Assembly (NCBI GenBank): GCA_040881405.1
Contig: JBBEDG010000167.1
Location: 1-30,537, forward strand
Length of the DNA stretch: 30,537 bases
From: Flavobacteriales bacterium
GTDB lineage: Bacteria; Bacteroidota; Bacteroidia; Flavobacteriales_F; PHOS-HE28
Direction: 5' to 3'
In this document: one piece after another, positions 1 through 9,320 of the stretch
Layout of the letters: each line of letters begins with the position of its first letter
Numbering within the stretch: the stretch's first letter is position 1
The notes under the pieces: model-generated
Told to the model about the DNA's origin: nothing
The model's input: the letters and a program-made list of their open reading frames with translations, nothing else
Databases searched by the model: none
Program-made: the position numbers and the translations under genes

Positions 1-2
1 CC

Positions 3-1616
3 AAGTACGACAGCAAGGCCTTCAAGAAGAGCGTGGGACTCAACGGCGTGGGTACCAAGGCGGTTAACGCTTTGAGCACCTACTTCAAGATCGAAAGCGT
101 TCGTGAAGGGCAGATGAAACGTGCCGAGTTCGATCGCGGCACCCTGCGCAAGGACGAGAAGTTGGTGTCTTCCGCGGAGCCCAACGGCACACGTGTGACC
201 TTCGAGCCCGATGAGCTCATGTTCAAGCAGTTCCAGTACCGTGACCAGCACATCGAGCGCTTGTTGTGGAACTATTGCTACCTGAACACCGGGCTCACCA
301 TCCATTACAACGGCCAGAAATTCCAGAGCAAGAATGGCCTGCTCGACCTATTGCAGGTGAAGATGGACGGTGAGCCGCTCTATCCCATCATTCATCTGAA
401 AGGCGACGACATCGAGGTGGCCATCACCCACGCCAACCACTACGGCGAGGAGTATTACAGCTTTGTGAACGGCCAGCACACCACACAGGGCGGCACGCAC
501 CAAGGCGCATTCCGCGAGGCGGTGGCCAAGACCATCAAGGACTTCTTCAAGAAGGATTGGGAGGCCGGCGATGTGCGCACCGGTATCGTGGCCGCAGTAA
601 GCGTGAAGGTGGTGGAACCCGTCTTCGAGAGCCAGACCAAGACCAAGCTGGGCAGCCAGGAGGTGGAGCCCGGTGGCCAGAGCATGCGCGGGTTCATCGG
701 CGATTTCATTGGTAGAGAGCTGGACAACTTCCTGCACAAGCACCCCGAGGTATCCGAAGTGCTGCAAGCACGCATCCTGCAGAACGAACGTGAACGCAAG
801 GAGCTGAGCGGCATCCGCAAACTGGCGCGTGAGCGTGCCAAGAAAGCCAGTCTGCACAACCGAAAACTGCGCGATTGCCGCGTACATCTCAGTGACACCA
901 AAGTGGATCCGCGCAAGCAGGAGACCACCCTGTTCATCACCGAGGGCGACAGTGCAAGCGGAAGCATCACCAAAAGCCGGGACGTCAACACCCAGGCTGT
1001 TTTCAGCTTGAAGGGGAAGCCGCTGAACTGCTACGGACTCACCAAAAAAGTGGTTTACGAGAACGAGGAGTTCAACCTGGTCCAGTCGGCCCTCAATATC
1101 GAGGATGGCATGGACGGTTTGCGCTACAACAAGATCGTGATAGCCACCGATGCCGATGTGGACGGCATGCACATCCGCCTGTTGCTGATGACCTTCTTCC
1201 TTCAGTTCTTCCCGGACCTGGTGAAGAACGACCACCTCTACATCCTGCAAACGCCGCTCTTTCGCGTGCGGAACAAGAAGGATACCCTGTACTGTTACAG
1301 CGACGAGGAGCGCCAGCGTGCCATGATGAAACTTGGCAAGAGCGCAGAGATCACGCGATTCAAAGGATTGGGTGAGATCAGTCCCGATGAGTTCAAGCAC
1401 TTCATCGGCGAGGACATCCGCCTTGAACCGGTCATGATCACCAAGGATGCCGTGGTACACCAGCTACTGGGTTTCTACATGGGTAAGAACACGCCCGAGC
1501 GTCAGGAATTCATCATCGGTAATCTGCGTGTTGAGAAGGACCTGCTGAACGAGGCGAAAGACGATCCAGTGAAGGCCATCGCCATGAAACTGGAGGAGAA
1601 CGAAGTGGAAGCATGA
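3..1616 (+). CDS. parE: DNA topoisomerase IV subunit B (Bacteroidota type IIA topoisomerase B subunit), 5'-truncated by the window edge
   Basis: Frame is open from position 3 ([29 protein letters not shown] ATPase motif). Also has [26 protein letters not shown] motifs [16 protein letters not shown] and [12 protein letters not shown], and RFKGLGEI. It is compact, with no large GyrB insert, and lies upstream of a ParC-type A subunit. Confidence 0.92.
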   Translation, partial: KYDSKAFKKSVGLNGVGTKAVNALSTYFKIESVREGQMKRAEFDRGTLRKDEKLVSSAEPNGTRVTFEPDELMFKQFQYRDQHIERLLWNYCYLNTGLTIHYNGQKFQSKNGLLDLLQVKMDGEPLYPIIHLKGDDIEVAITHANHYGEEYYSFVNGQHTTQGGTHQGAFREAVAKTIKDFFKKDWEAGDVRTGIVAAVSVKVVEPVFESQTKTKLGSQEVEPGGQSMRGFIGDFIGRELDNFLHKHPEVSEVLQARILQNERERKELSGIRKLARERAKKASLHNRKLRDCRVHLSDTKVDPRKQETTLFITEGDSASGSITKSRDVNTQAVFSLKGKPLNCYGLTKKVVYENEEFNLVQSALNIEDGMDGLRYNKIVIATDADVDGMHIRLLLMTFFLQFFPDLVKNDHLYILQTPLFRVRNKKDTLYCYSDEERQRAMMKLGKSAEITRFKGLGEISPDEFKHFIGEDIRLEPVMITKDAVVHQLLGFYMGKNTPERQEFIIGNLRVEKDLLNEAKDDPVKAIAMKLEENEVEA

Positions 1617-2344
1617 TGCGGTCCTGGGGCATTTTCGCAGTGTTGATGGTGGGCATCCAAGTGCTATGGAGCGGCTCGCTGCACGCGCAGTCCACCGGTC
1701 AGTTGCGATTCCGTTTCGAGCCGGACCGGAGCATGCAGTTCGTGCTCGATGGCAAATACAAGTTGACCGATCGGGAGATCACCTTGGGTGAGGGTGCTCA
1801 CCGGTTCACCTTCTGGGCGCCGGAACGACTGATGTTGGATACCACGCTCTTTGTCGAGGGCGATCGCACCCGCGAAGTCTTCATCCGCTTGCGCTATTCG
1901 CAGGACTATGTGGACCACCGCCGCGCCGAGGAGCGTTACGTGAAGGAGGGTCGTTGGGGGCGCTACCTGCCTCCCGTTGTTACCGGCGGCGCTGCGGCCT
2001 GGGCCACGGTCTCCTTCCTGAATTACGGCAAGGCCTCGCGCGCGCTTGACGATCTAGCCGATAGCTACCGTACTTCCGCTGACCCGGGAGGCATCCAGCG
2101 CTTGAAGGATGAGGAGATACCATCGGCCAAGTCCGATCTGAGGTCAGCGCGAACACAGGCCTTTGTGGCCACCGGTGTTTTCGCGGCCAGCGCTGCTGTC
2201 ACCCTCATTATCCGCAAACGTCTCGCCCAACGCACGGCCCCGGTATTCGACGACAAGGAGCGCATCCGTTTCGAAGGACTTGTCCACCAGAACACGGGTG
2301 TCGGAGGGATCTGGTCCGCTACCTTCAGCCTTCCATTGCTATGA
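1613..2344 (+). CDS. Hypothetical exported/membrane protein (signal peptide, PEGA-like beta domain, two hydrophobic helices)
   Basis: 243-aa ORF with ATGA overlaps at both ends (parE stop at 1613-1616, next gene at 2341-2344). Signal-peptide-like N-terminus ends in SLHA-Q. Beta-rich segment [25 protein letters not shown] resembles PEGA. Hydrophobic segments are [18 protein letters not shown] and [18 protein letters not shown]. Confidence 0.75.
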   Translation: MMRSWGIFAVLMVGIQVLWSGSLHAQSTGQLRFRFEPDRSMQFVLDGKYKLTDREITLGEGAHRFTFWAPERLMLDTTLFVEGDRTREVFIRLRYSQDYVDHRRAEERYVKEGRWGRYLPPVVTGGAAAWATVSFLNYGKASRALDDLADSYRTSADPGGIQRLKDEEIPSAKSDLRSARTQAFVATGVFAASAAVTLIIRKRLAQRTAPVFDDKERIRFEGLVHQNTGVGGIWSATFSLPLL

Positions 2345-2760
2345 GGATCCTGCTTGCCTTTGCTATTCTGCTCACGCTGCTCAGCGGCTGCTACAAGGAC
2401 AATGTGGACGTGTCCGAGTTGAACACCAATCCCTTTGACCGCGACTATGCAGGACCTTCGGTGTTCGAGTTCGATGAGACCTTCCTTCAGACCGTTAACA
2501 TCGGTGGCACCAATGTGCTTTACCAAGTGATCGTTTTTCGTGTGAAGGAAGAACTCTTCCTGTCACCTTCCTCCTATTCGGTGCAGCTGCGGGACCTACA
2601 GAACGAGGACCCGAATGCCACGGCCACGCCGGTTTCGCCCGGTAGCAGCCTGTACCGTTACCAACGTGCCCCGGCGCCCGGGCAGCAGATATGCCTTGAA
2701 TTACAGCTGTTCAACAACCAGAGCGGCGCAAGGGCGGAGACCATTTGTGCGACATTGTAA
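2341..2760 (+). CDS. Hypothetical lipoprotein
   Basis: 139 aa. [17 protein letters not shown] is a classic lipobox, followed by YKDNVD and an NPFD motif. Its stop overlaps the parC start (TAATG at 2758-2762). Confidence 0.8.
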   Translation: MRILLAFAILLTLLSGCYKDNVDVSELNTNPFDRDYAGPSVFEFDETFLQTVNIGGTNVLYQVIVFRVKEELFLSPSSYSVQLRDLQNEDPNATATPVSPGSSLYRYQRAPAPGQQICLELQLFNNQSGARAETICATL

Positions 2761-5522
2761 TGAGCGACGAGAACGACGACATCCTCGACGGATCGAACGG
2801 GACCCCTGCGGAGTCCAATGCCAAGGGTATACCAGGTGCTGGCCAGGCCGGAGAATTCTCCGTAAGCGGAATGTACCGTAGTTGGTTCTTGGACTATGCC
2901 AGTTACGTGATCTTGGAGCGCGCGGTGCCCGCTTTGCAGGATGGCCTGAAGCCTGTGCAACGCAGGATCCTGCATAGCATGAAGGACCTGGATGATGGAC
3001 GCTACAACAAGGTGGCTAACATCATTGGTCACACAATGCAGTACCATCCGCACGGAGATGCCAGCATCGGCGATGCGTTGGTACAACTGGGGCAGAAGGA
3101 CCTGCTGATCGACTGCCAGGGAAACTGGGGCAACACCCTCACAGGCGACAGCGCGGCAGCACCGCGTTACATCGAAGCGCGCCTCAGCAAGTTCGCGCAC
3201 GATGTGGTCTTCAACCCCAAGACCACCGATTGGCAACTGAGCTATGATGGCCGCAACAAGGAACCGGTCTTCCTGCCCGTGAAATTCCCGCTGCTGCTGG
3301 CCCAAGGCGGAGAAGGCATCGCGGTGGGCTTGAGCTGCAAGGTTCTCCCGCACAACTTCAATGAGTTGATCGACGCCAGTATCGCGGTGCTGCGTAAGCG
3401 CTCCTTCGAACTGGTACCCGACTTCCCAACGGGCGGCCTTGCCGATGTGAGCAACTACAACGAAGGCGAACGCGGCGGGCGGATCCGCTGCAGGGCGCGC
3501 ATCCGCAAGGAGGACAACAAGACCCTCGTGATCCACGAGATCCCTTTCGGCACCACCACCACCAGCCTCATAGAGAGCATCATCAAGGCCAACGAGAAGG
3601 GCAAGATCAAGGTGCGGCACATCGAGGACAACACCGCCGAGAACGCCGAGATCCTGGTACACCTGGCCGCAGGTGTATCGCCGGACAACACCATTGATGC
3701 GCTTTACGCCTTCACGGATTGCGAACTGAGCATTGCTCCTAATGCCGTGGTCATCGAGGCAAGCTCCGAGGCCGGTATAAGCGACAAGCCACGCTTTGTC
3801 GGCGTGAACGATCTGCTGAAACGAAGCACCCAGAACACGCTGCGCCTGTTGGAGTTGGAACTCGTCATCAAGAAGGGCGAGTTGGAGGAGCAATGGCACT
3901 TCGCTTCGCTGGAGCGCATCTTCATCGAGAAGAAGGTGTATCGCAAGATCGAGGAGGCGGAGACCTGGGAGCAGGTGATCGAGTTCATCGACAAGGGTTT
4001 GAAGCCCCACACCAAGGAACTGAAGCGTCCGGTTACCCAGGATGACATCCTGCGTCTCACCGAGATCAAGATCAAGCGGATCTCCAAATTCGACAGCTTC
4101 AAGGCCGATGAGCACATCAAACAACTGGCCGAGAACATTAGCGAAGTGCAACACAAGCTGGACCACATCGTGGACCATGCGGTGGACTACTTCAAGGAAC
4201 TGAAGCGTAAGTACGGACCTGGTCGCGAGCGCAAGACCGAAGTGCGCGCCTTTGATACCATCGTTGCGACCAAGGTGGCCGTGGCCAATCGCAAGCTCTA
4301 CGTTGACCGTGCCGAGGGCTTTGCCGGATGGAGCCTGCGCAACTTCGAGTTCGTGGGCGAATGCTCGGACTTGGACGACATCATCGTCTTCCGCAGCGAT
4401 GGTTCCATGCTGGTGACCAAGGTGGCCGACAAGAAGTTCATCGGTAAGGACATCCTACATGTGAGCGTTTGGAAGAAGGGCGATGAACGCACCATCTACC
4501 ATCTTGTTTACCAGGACGGCTCCAAGGGCCCATACTACATGAAGCGTTTTGCGGTAACGGGCATTACGCGCGACAAAGAGTACGACCTTACCAACGGAGC
4601 CAAGGGCTCGCGGGTGGAATACTTCACGGCCAACCCCGATGGAGCTGCCGAGGTGATCCACGTGGTGTTACGCCCTAGGCCGAACCTGCGCAAGGCTAAG
4701 TTCGACATCGACTTCGCTACGCTGTCCGTGAAAGGCCGAAGCAGTAAGGGCAACCTGCTCACCCGCTACATGGTGAGCAAGATCACCCAGAAGGAGCGTG
4801 GCGCCAGCACGCTAGGTGCCATTCCGATCTGGTTCGATGAGACCGTTCGTCGCTTGAACGAATCGGGCCATGGACGTTACCTCGGGCGCTTCGGGGGCGA
4901 TGATCGCATCCTGGCCATCATGCGTAATGGCACTTATCAGCTCTTTCCCTATGTGCTCAGCACCCACTTCCCGGACGATGCCATCACCGTGGTGAAGTAC
5001 GACTCCAAGCAAGTGGTGAGCGCGGTTTACTGGGAAGGGGAGAAGCAGCAGTGCAACGTGAAACGCTTCACGCCGGAGCCTGCCAAGGATGCCGTGCCAT
5101 TCATTTCCGAGCATGCCGATAGCAAGCTTGTGGTGCATAGTCTGTTTTCAAAGCCACGGGTCAAGCTCAGCTTCGACAAGCGCAGCAATCCACGTGAGGA
5201 CGAGGAGTACGACCTGGAGTCCTTCATCGCGGTGAAAGGGGTGAAGGCCCTCGGCAACCGTCTCACGCCCTTCAAGGTGAAGGAAATGGAGTTGCTGGAT
5301 CCCGTCTTCGTACCTATGACGCCAGAGCTGGAAGAAACCCAGGCCATGCTGATCAGCGATGATGAGGTTGGCAATCTGGAGGCGCCCGAAGAGGAGGACC
5401 TGGAGGAAAGCCCCATGAAGCAGTTCCGCAAAGCGCAGGTGAAACAGGAAGTGGAGCGTTCGCCGGAAGATCCGCTGATCGGCTACGAGCCGGGCAAGCA
5501 GATAACCCTTGGGCTGGACTAG
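2760..5522 (+). CDS. parC: DNA topoisomerase IV subunit A (Bacteroidota gyrase/topo IV subunit A family)
   Basis: Motifs DYASYVILERAVPALQDGLKPVQRRIL, YHPHGDAS, catalytic AAAPRYIEARL and LVPDFPTGG, then a beta-pinwheel C-terminal region without a canonical QxRGGKG GyrA box. Start placed at ATG 2760 (TAATG coupling) rather than 2745. Confidence 0.92.
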   Translation: MSDENDDILDGSNGTPAESNAKGIPGAGQAGEFSVSGMYRSWFLDYASYVILERAVPALQDGLKPVQRRILHSMKDLDDGRYNKVANIIGHTMQYHPHGDASIGDALVQLGQKDLLIDCQGNWGNTLTGDSAAAPRYIEARLSKFAHDVVFNPKTTDWQLSYDGRNKEPVFLPVKFPLLLAQGGEGIAVGLSCKVLPHNFNELIDASIAVLRKRSFELVPDFPTGGLADVSNYNEGERGGRIRCRARIRKEDNKTLVIHEIPFGTTTTSLIESIIKANEKGKIKVRHIEDNTAENAEILVHLAAGVSPDNTIDALYAFTDCELSIAPNAVVIEASSEAGISDKPRFVGVNDLLKRSTQNTLRLLELELVIKKGELEEQWHFASLERIFIEKKVYRKIEEAETWEQVIEFIDKGLKPHTKELKRPVTQDDILRLTEIKIKRISKFDSFKADEHIKQLAENISEVQHKLDHIVDHAVDYFKELKRKYGPGRERKTEVRAFDTIVATKVAVANRKLYVDRAEGFAGWSLRNFEFVGECSDLDDIIVFRSDGSMLVTKVADKKFIGKDILHVSVWKKGDERTIYHLVYQDGSKGPYYMKRFAVTGITRDKEYDLTNGAKGSRVEYFTANPDGAAEVIHVVLRPRPNLRKAKFDIDFATLSVKGRSSKGNLLTRYMVSKITQKERGASTLGAIPIWFDETVRRLNESGHGRYLGRFGGDDRILAIMRNGTYQLFPYVLSTHFPDDAITVVKYDSKQVVSAVYWEGEKQQCNVKRFTPEPAKDAVPFISEHADSKLVVHSLFSKPRVKLSFDKRSNPREDEEYDLESFIAVKGVKALGNRLTPFKVKEMELLDPVFVPMTPELEETQAMLISDDEVGNLEAPEEEDLEESPMKQFRKAQVKQEVERSPEDPLIGYEPGKQITLGLD

Positions 5523-8266
5523 CTGCTCTTTACAATGCGATGGTACTGTGTTGCACCATTGCTTCGCACGCGTAGCACATAGGTGCCATCGGCCTGTCCG
5601 CCGAGGTCCAGAGTAAGTGCTGTAGGGCCTTGCCCGCTTAGCGTACGGCTCATGATCAAGCGACCCGTGGCATCCAGCACATCCACGATAAGGCCGCCCT
5701 GCAGTTCCATCAGCAGTACCGTGCTTTCCGCGAACGGATTGGGTGCTACACGTACTGTTCCGGCGGAAAGGTGCTCCGCGTAACCGACACAGGATTCCAC
5801 CGAGAATTGCACGCTGCTCTCTCCCAAGCAGCCGTCCGCAGGGTCCACGGTTAAGGTAACGGTCCAAATGCCTGACCCAAGATCCGATGGATCGAAGGAC
5901 ACGCTGCTGCCGCTGCCTGCAACAGCACCGCTCCATGTACCGGACGCTGAACCTTGCAGCACCACGGTTCCGCCATCCACACAGTAAATGGGCAGCGCAT
6001 TGATCTGCACCGCAGTGGCTTCCAGGACTTGCAAACTATCCCGTGGGTTGCTCAATACGCAGCCGTTGGGCGCTGTATAGGTATACATCAATTCATAGAT
6101 GCCGGGAGGTACTTCGGCAGGAGCGAACAGGCCGGATCCATCCAAGGGTGCTGTCCAAGTTCCGCCTTCAGGCCATGCCATGAACTGCACGGCATCATCC
6201 TCTTGGCAGAACGCGCGTTCACTGGTTTCCACCACGGCCTGCGCTGCGAGTTCCACAAAGAGCACCGCGCTGGCGGTGCAGCCGGCGGCATTGGTGTAGT
6301 TGTAGAATGTCGGGTGCGATCCTTCGCCGACCAATGCAGGATCCAACGCACCGTCGATCACCCCCGGTCCGCTCCACGTTCCACCCTCAGGCGATCCGCC
6401 TTCAAGCGTTACCAGTGGCCCTTCGGCACAGAATACGGGCAGTTGCGAAACGCTCACCTCCGGCAGGTCGTCCACCACGATGATCACGAGTGTATCGCTG
6501 TTGGCGCATTGTTGCGGGATCGTGGGCACGCGGTCCAGGACCACCCGGTATTCGCCTGCTCCTTGCGACGGATCGAAAAGCGCCGAACCGTTCGTGGAAG
6601 AAACGATATCGCCACTCCAGGTGGTGCCCGGAAGATCCACCACCGGAAGTATCGTCTGCACACCGGAAGTGATGCAGAACGGACCTGCCTCCTGGATCTC
6701 CGAAGAGACCGAGGGCCACAAGGAAATGGGGCCTACGAAGGTGATGCAGGATGTGCTGGTCGGGTCAGTGAAAGCGCACACGATGATGCTGCCATTGAAG
6801 GTGGCAGGGTCCAGAATGCCATCCGTGGTGAGGCCCACCCATTCCACAGTGGAAGGCCTTGCGGTAAGATGTATGGGGCGTTCGGCACTGCACAATATCG
6901 GCCCCACGGAAGGGCTTACCGTAGGCCCGGTCACCAAGTGGATGAAGGCACGGTCGCCCACCGGGCATCCGGCCTCTTCGTAAAAAGTATAGTCCAGAGG
7001 CTCGTCGCCAGTGACCGATGCGTTGGAACGGAACAGTTCGCCGTTCTGTATCCACCTGCCGGTCCATTCACCACCTTCGGGCAAGGCTTCGGGGAGCACT
7101 ATGGAAGGGCCCTGGATGCACAGCGAATCGAACAGAGGGACTTGGACTTCGGTCGTGGCAGGCGCCAATGCATTGGGGTGCCATTCCGCTCCACCAGCAC
7201 GCACAAGTATCATGTCCGGGCGTCCATCCCCATTCAGATCGGCAAGCCTGGGGTGCAGACCTCGCTGCACATCTTGTAGGGCCTTTCGCGGGGCAAAGCC
7301 TTCGATGGCAGCGATGTGGCTGGACCAACGCACAGGAAGTCCGGGGTTGGAAGGTACGAACACTACACCAGCGGAAGTGCTGCAACCCAGGTTGGCGAAC
7401 TGCCCGTTCCCTGCAGAGGTGAAGGGTGCAACCACGTTGATCCGAAAATTCCCATCGGACGTATCCAACCTGTTCTCCACCCACTGCACCGCCAGTCCAT
7501 TGGCCTCTGCGATATCCATGTCGCCATCGCCATCCACATCCATCAGTTGTGGACGCACCAATGGATAGTCGAAGTTGAAGAAGAGCGGAAGGATATCCCA
7601 GGCGCTTCCATTGGAAGCGCCGTTCATCAAGCCAACTGCGGCGAGGTCGGAGCCGATGACGAAGATGTCCTGTCCACCGGTTCCATCCAGGTCGCCAATG
7701 GCCATGACAGTTGGAGCTTCGCCCTGCAGGAGTGCAGGAACAAGCACCGCTTGGGAAAAAACGCCAGCGAGATTGGGCCAGAAAGCAATGCCCACGGCAT
7801 CATCCTCGGAGAAGGTGATCACAGCATCGGGCCATCCATTACCGCTCAGGTCCCCAACACGCAAGGCTCCCGGCGTATGATCCAAGGCCGAAATAGGAAC
7901 GGGTGGCAGCAGCAAGCCGGAACCGTTGTTCCAAGCCACCTCGAGCAACTCGCCTTCAGAAGCAATGAAGAGGAGGTCGGTCGCACCGTCCCCGTTCAGG
8001 TCCTCAAGAACAAAGTGCACGGCAGGGGATGGAAGCACCAGTACCGTGTCCACAGGGCTGAAGTTGCCTGCGCCGTCACTGTTCCTCCACGTCAGGATCA
8101 GGTTGCCATCCGACACCGATATAAGGTCCAGGTCACCATCGCCATCCATGTCGCGGGCTTCCAATGCGGGGCCGAAAGGGATCGCATGGATCGTTCTTCC
8201 CGCTTCGAATTGAGCTGAAAGGACGAAGTGCTGCAAAAGGGCGACGAGAACGACTAGAACACGCAT
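5519..8266 (-). CDS. T9SS-secreted surface protein: FG-GAP/VCBS repeat propeller, six Cys-paired beta-sandwich repeats, T9SS C-terminal sorting domain
   Basis: Signal peptide MRVLVVLVALLQHFVLSA-Q. Six DxxGxG-type Ca-binding repeats (DMDGDGDLD, DLNGDGATD, DLSGNGWPD, DLDGTGGQD, DVDGDGDMD, DLNGDGRPD). Six ~75-80 aa modules with GGTWSG/FDP motifs. CTD VAPNPF..DVLDATGR..GTYVLRV..RIVK. Start 8266 preferred over 8284. Confidence 0.85.
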   Translation of the reverse strand: MRVLVVLVALLQHFVLSAQFEAGRTIHAIPFGPALEARDMDGDGDLDLISVSDGNLILTWRNSDGAGNFSPVDTVLVLPSPAVHFVLEDLNGDGATDLLFIASEGELLEVAWNNGSGLLLPPVPISALDHTPGALRVGDLSGNGWPDAVITFSEDDAVGIAFWPNLAGVFSQAVLVPALLQGEAPTVMAIGDLDGTGGQDIFVIGSDLAAVGLMNGASNGSAWDILPLFFNFDYPLVRPQLMDVDGDGDMDIAEANGLAVQWVENRLDTSDGNFRINVVAPFTSAGNGQFANLGCSTSAGVVFVPSNPGLPVRWSSHIAAIEGFAPRKALQDVQRGLHPRLADLNGDGRPDMILVRAGGAEWHPNALAPATTEVQVPLFDSLCIQGPSIVLPEALPEGGEWTGRWIQNGELFRSNASVTGDEPLDYTFYEEAGCPVGDRAFIHLVTGPTVSPSVGPILCSAERPIHLTARPSTVEWVGLTTDGILDPATFNGSIIVCAFTDPTSTSCITFVGPISLWPSVSSEIQEAGPFCITSGVQTILPVVDLPGTTWSGDIVSSTNGSALFDPSQGAGEYRVVLDRVPTIPQQCANSDTLVIIVVDDLPEVSVSQLPVFCAEGPLVTLEGGSPEGGTWSGPGVIDGALDPALVGEGSHPTFYNYTNAAGCTASAVLFVELAAQAVVETSERAFCQEDDAVQFMAWPEGGTWTAPLDGSGLFAPAEVPPGIYELMYTYTAPNGCVLSNPRDSLQVLEATAVQINALPIYCVDGGTVVLQGSASGTWSGAVAGSGSSVSFDPSDLGSGIWTVTLTVDPADGCLGESSVQFSVESCVGYAEHLSAGTVRVAPNPFAESTVLLMELQGGLIVDVLDATGRLIMSRTLSGQGPTALTLDLGGQADGTYVLRVRSNGATQYHRIVKSS
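5790..7150 (-). repeat. Six tandem ~75-80 aa protein repeats (C..GGxWSG..FDP..GC); coordinates approximate
   Basis: Modules start at DSLC, PILC, GPFC, PVFC, RAFC and PIYC, and close at AGCP, TSCI, QQCA, AGCT, NGCV and DGCL. Confidence 0.75.
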
Positions 8267-8286
8267 TGATGTGCTGTATGGCACGA

Positions 8287-8294
8287 CAAAGGTA
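8287..8294 (-). promoter_or_regulatory. Bacteroidota sigma-ABfr -7 promoter element (TACCTTTG) for the T9SS FG-GAP gene
   Basis: Plus strand CAAAGGTA is an exact TAnnTTTG on the minus strand, 20 nt upstream of ATG 8266. No -33 element was confirmed. Confidence 0.7.
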
Positions 8295-8362
8295 CAGAGC
8301 TGAAGTGCCCTTGCCTAACGGGCTTGGAACGCTACTGGAAGCCCTGGAGACTTAACGTACTC

Positions 8363-9151
8363 TCAAATGCACAGCACCGGGATGCATGCTTCATTGGTAA
8401 GCATGCGCTCCTTCTCTGCATCCGCTATGTAGCGGTATTCATCCGAAGCATGGGCCATGATCGCAATGCATCCGGCGCCAATACGTTTAGCGTACTGTGC
8501 TGTTGGATGAGCGAAGCCAACACTGAAGGTGTTGCTGGGTTCGTTCGCCTGCACGCAAGGAATACCATCCTTTTCGAAACGTTCCAGCATGACAAGCTTG
8601 TTGTTCAGGAGCTCTGCCGATGGTTCTTCCTTGGGCCTCACGAGCTGATAAATGTGCACTTCGGAGCCGTGCAACTTGGCCAACAGGCAAACGGCATCAA
8701 GCAGTTTAGCGATATCCGCATGCGCGGCCACTGGCACCACGATGCGGTCCAACCGCTCATTCAGGTTGGTTCCTTCCTGTACCACCATGGTGGGTACGTG
8801 CATTGTTCGAACAAGCTTCAGGATATCGGCTCCGAACAGGTTCTGCCGAAGTCCTTTGGGTCCGTGTGTTCCCACCACGGCCATCCCGTACCCGTTACCG
8901 CTTTCATCGGGGATCACGTTCATGTAACGCCCTTCGATCACTTTGATCGAAACACTATCACTCCCTCCAGCCTTTTCCACCAAAGCAGCGAGTCGGCTCC
9001 GCAATGTCCCATGTTCCGTCTCTGGTGTACCCGGAGGCGCAACATGCAGTACCGTCACTTTTGCGCCGGTCCGGTCCGCCAACGGAAGTGCGAAGTTCAA
9101 TGCGGCGTTCGACACCTGGGTCAGGTCGTGTGTGCACAGCAAGTTGCTCAT
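8363..9151 (-). CDS. Universal stress protein (tandem Usp domains)
   Basis: N-terminal LLCTHDLTQVSNAALNFAL..AKVTVLHV, the motif AVVGTHGPKGLRQNLFGADILKLV..PTMVV, and a second Usp-like domain ending IPVLCI. Confidence 0.88.
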   Translation of the reverse strand: MSNLLCTHDLTQVSNAALNFALPLADRTGAKVTVLHVAPPGTPETEHGTLRSRLAALVEKAGGSDSVSIKVIEGRYMNVIPDESGNGYGMAVVGTHGPKGLRQNLFGADILKLVRTMHVPTMVVQEGTNLNERLDRIVVPVAAHADIAKLLDAVCLLAKLHGSEVHIYQLVRPKEEPSAELLNNKLVMLERFEKDGIPCVQANEPSNTFSVGFAHPTAQYAKRIGAGCIAIMAHASDEYRYIADAEKERMLTNEACIPVLCI

Positions 9152-9320
9152 GGTACTTCGTATCAGGCTGGAAAGATAGTTGCGCTTGCCTGCCGGGAGC
9201 GTTTCGCATCATTGCATTGTTTGGAAACAGTTCGACCCCTTGTTCCACCGTTCCTCGTTCGTGTTACTTCTTACTCTGCTGACATGAACTACCTTGGTAC
9301 CCTACTGCAAGATCATCTGA

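Noticed and set aside
348-1460. 370-aa minus-strand ORF antisense to parE
   Set aside because: No recognisable motifs. It is a shadow frame expected from biased codon use in a GC-rich gene.
2658-4178. 506-aa minus-strand ORF antisense to parC
   Set aside because: Lies almost wholly opposite a conserved enzyme, and its composition mirrors the sense codons with no domain signal.
3-5522. Calling the pair gyrB/gyrA
   Set aside because: No canonical GyrA box (only a degenerate KGRSSKG), and motifs such as SLKGKPLN and DYASYVILERA fit the Bacteroidota topo IV-type paralogs.
5954-7279. 441-aa plus-strand ORF, and other long ORFs at 7316-8218 and 8324-9406
   Set aside because: Antisense to well-supported T9SS and Usp genes. 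His/Arg/Gly-rich shadow composition.
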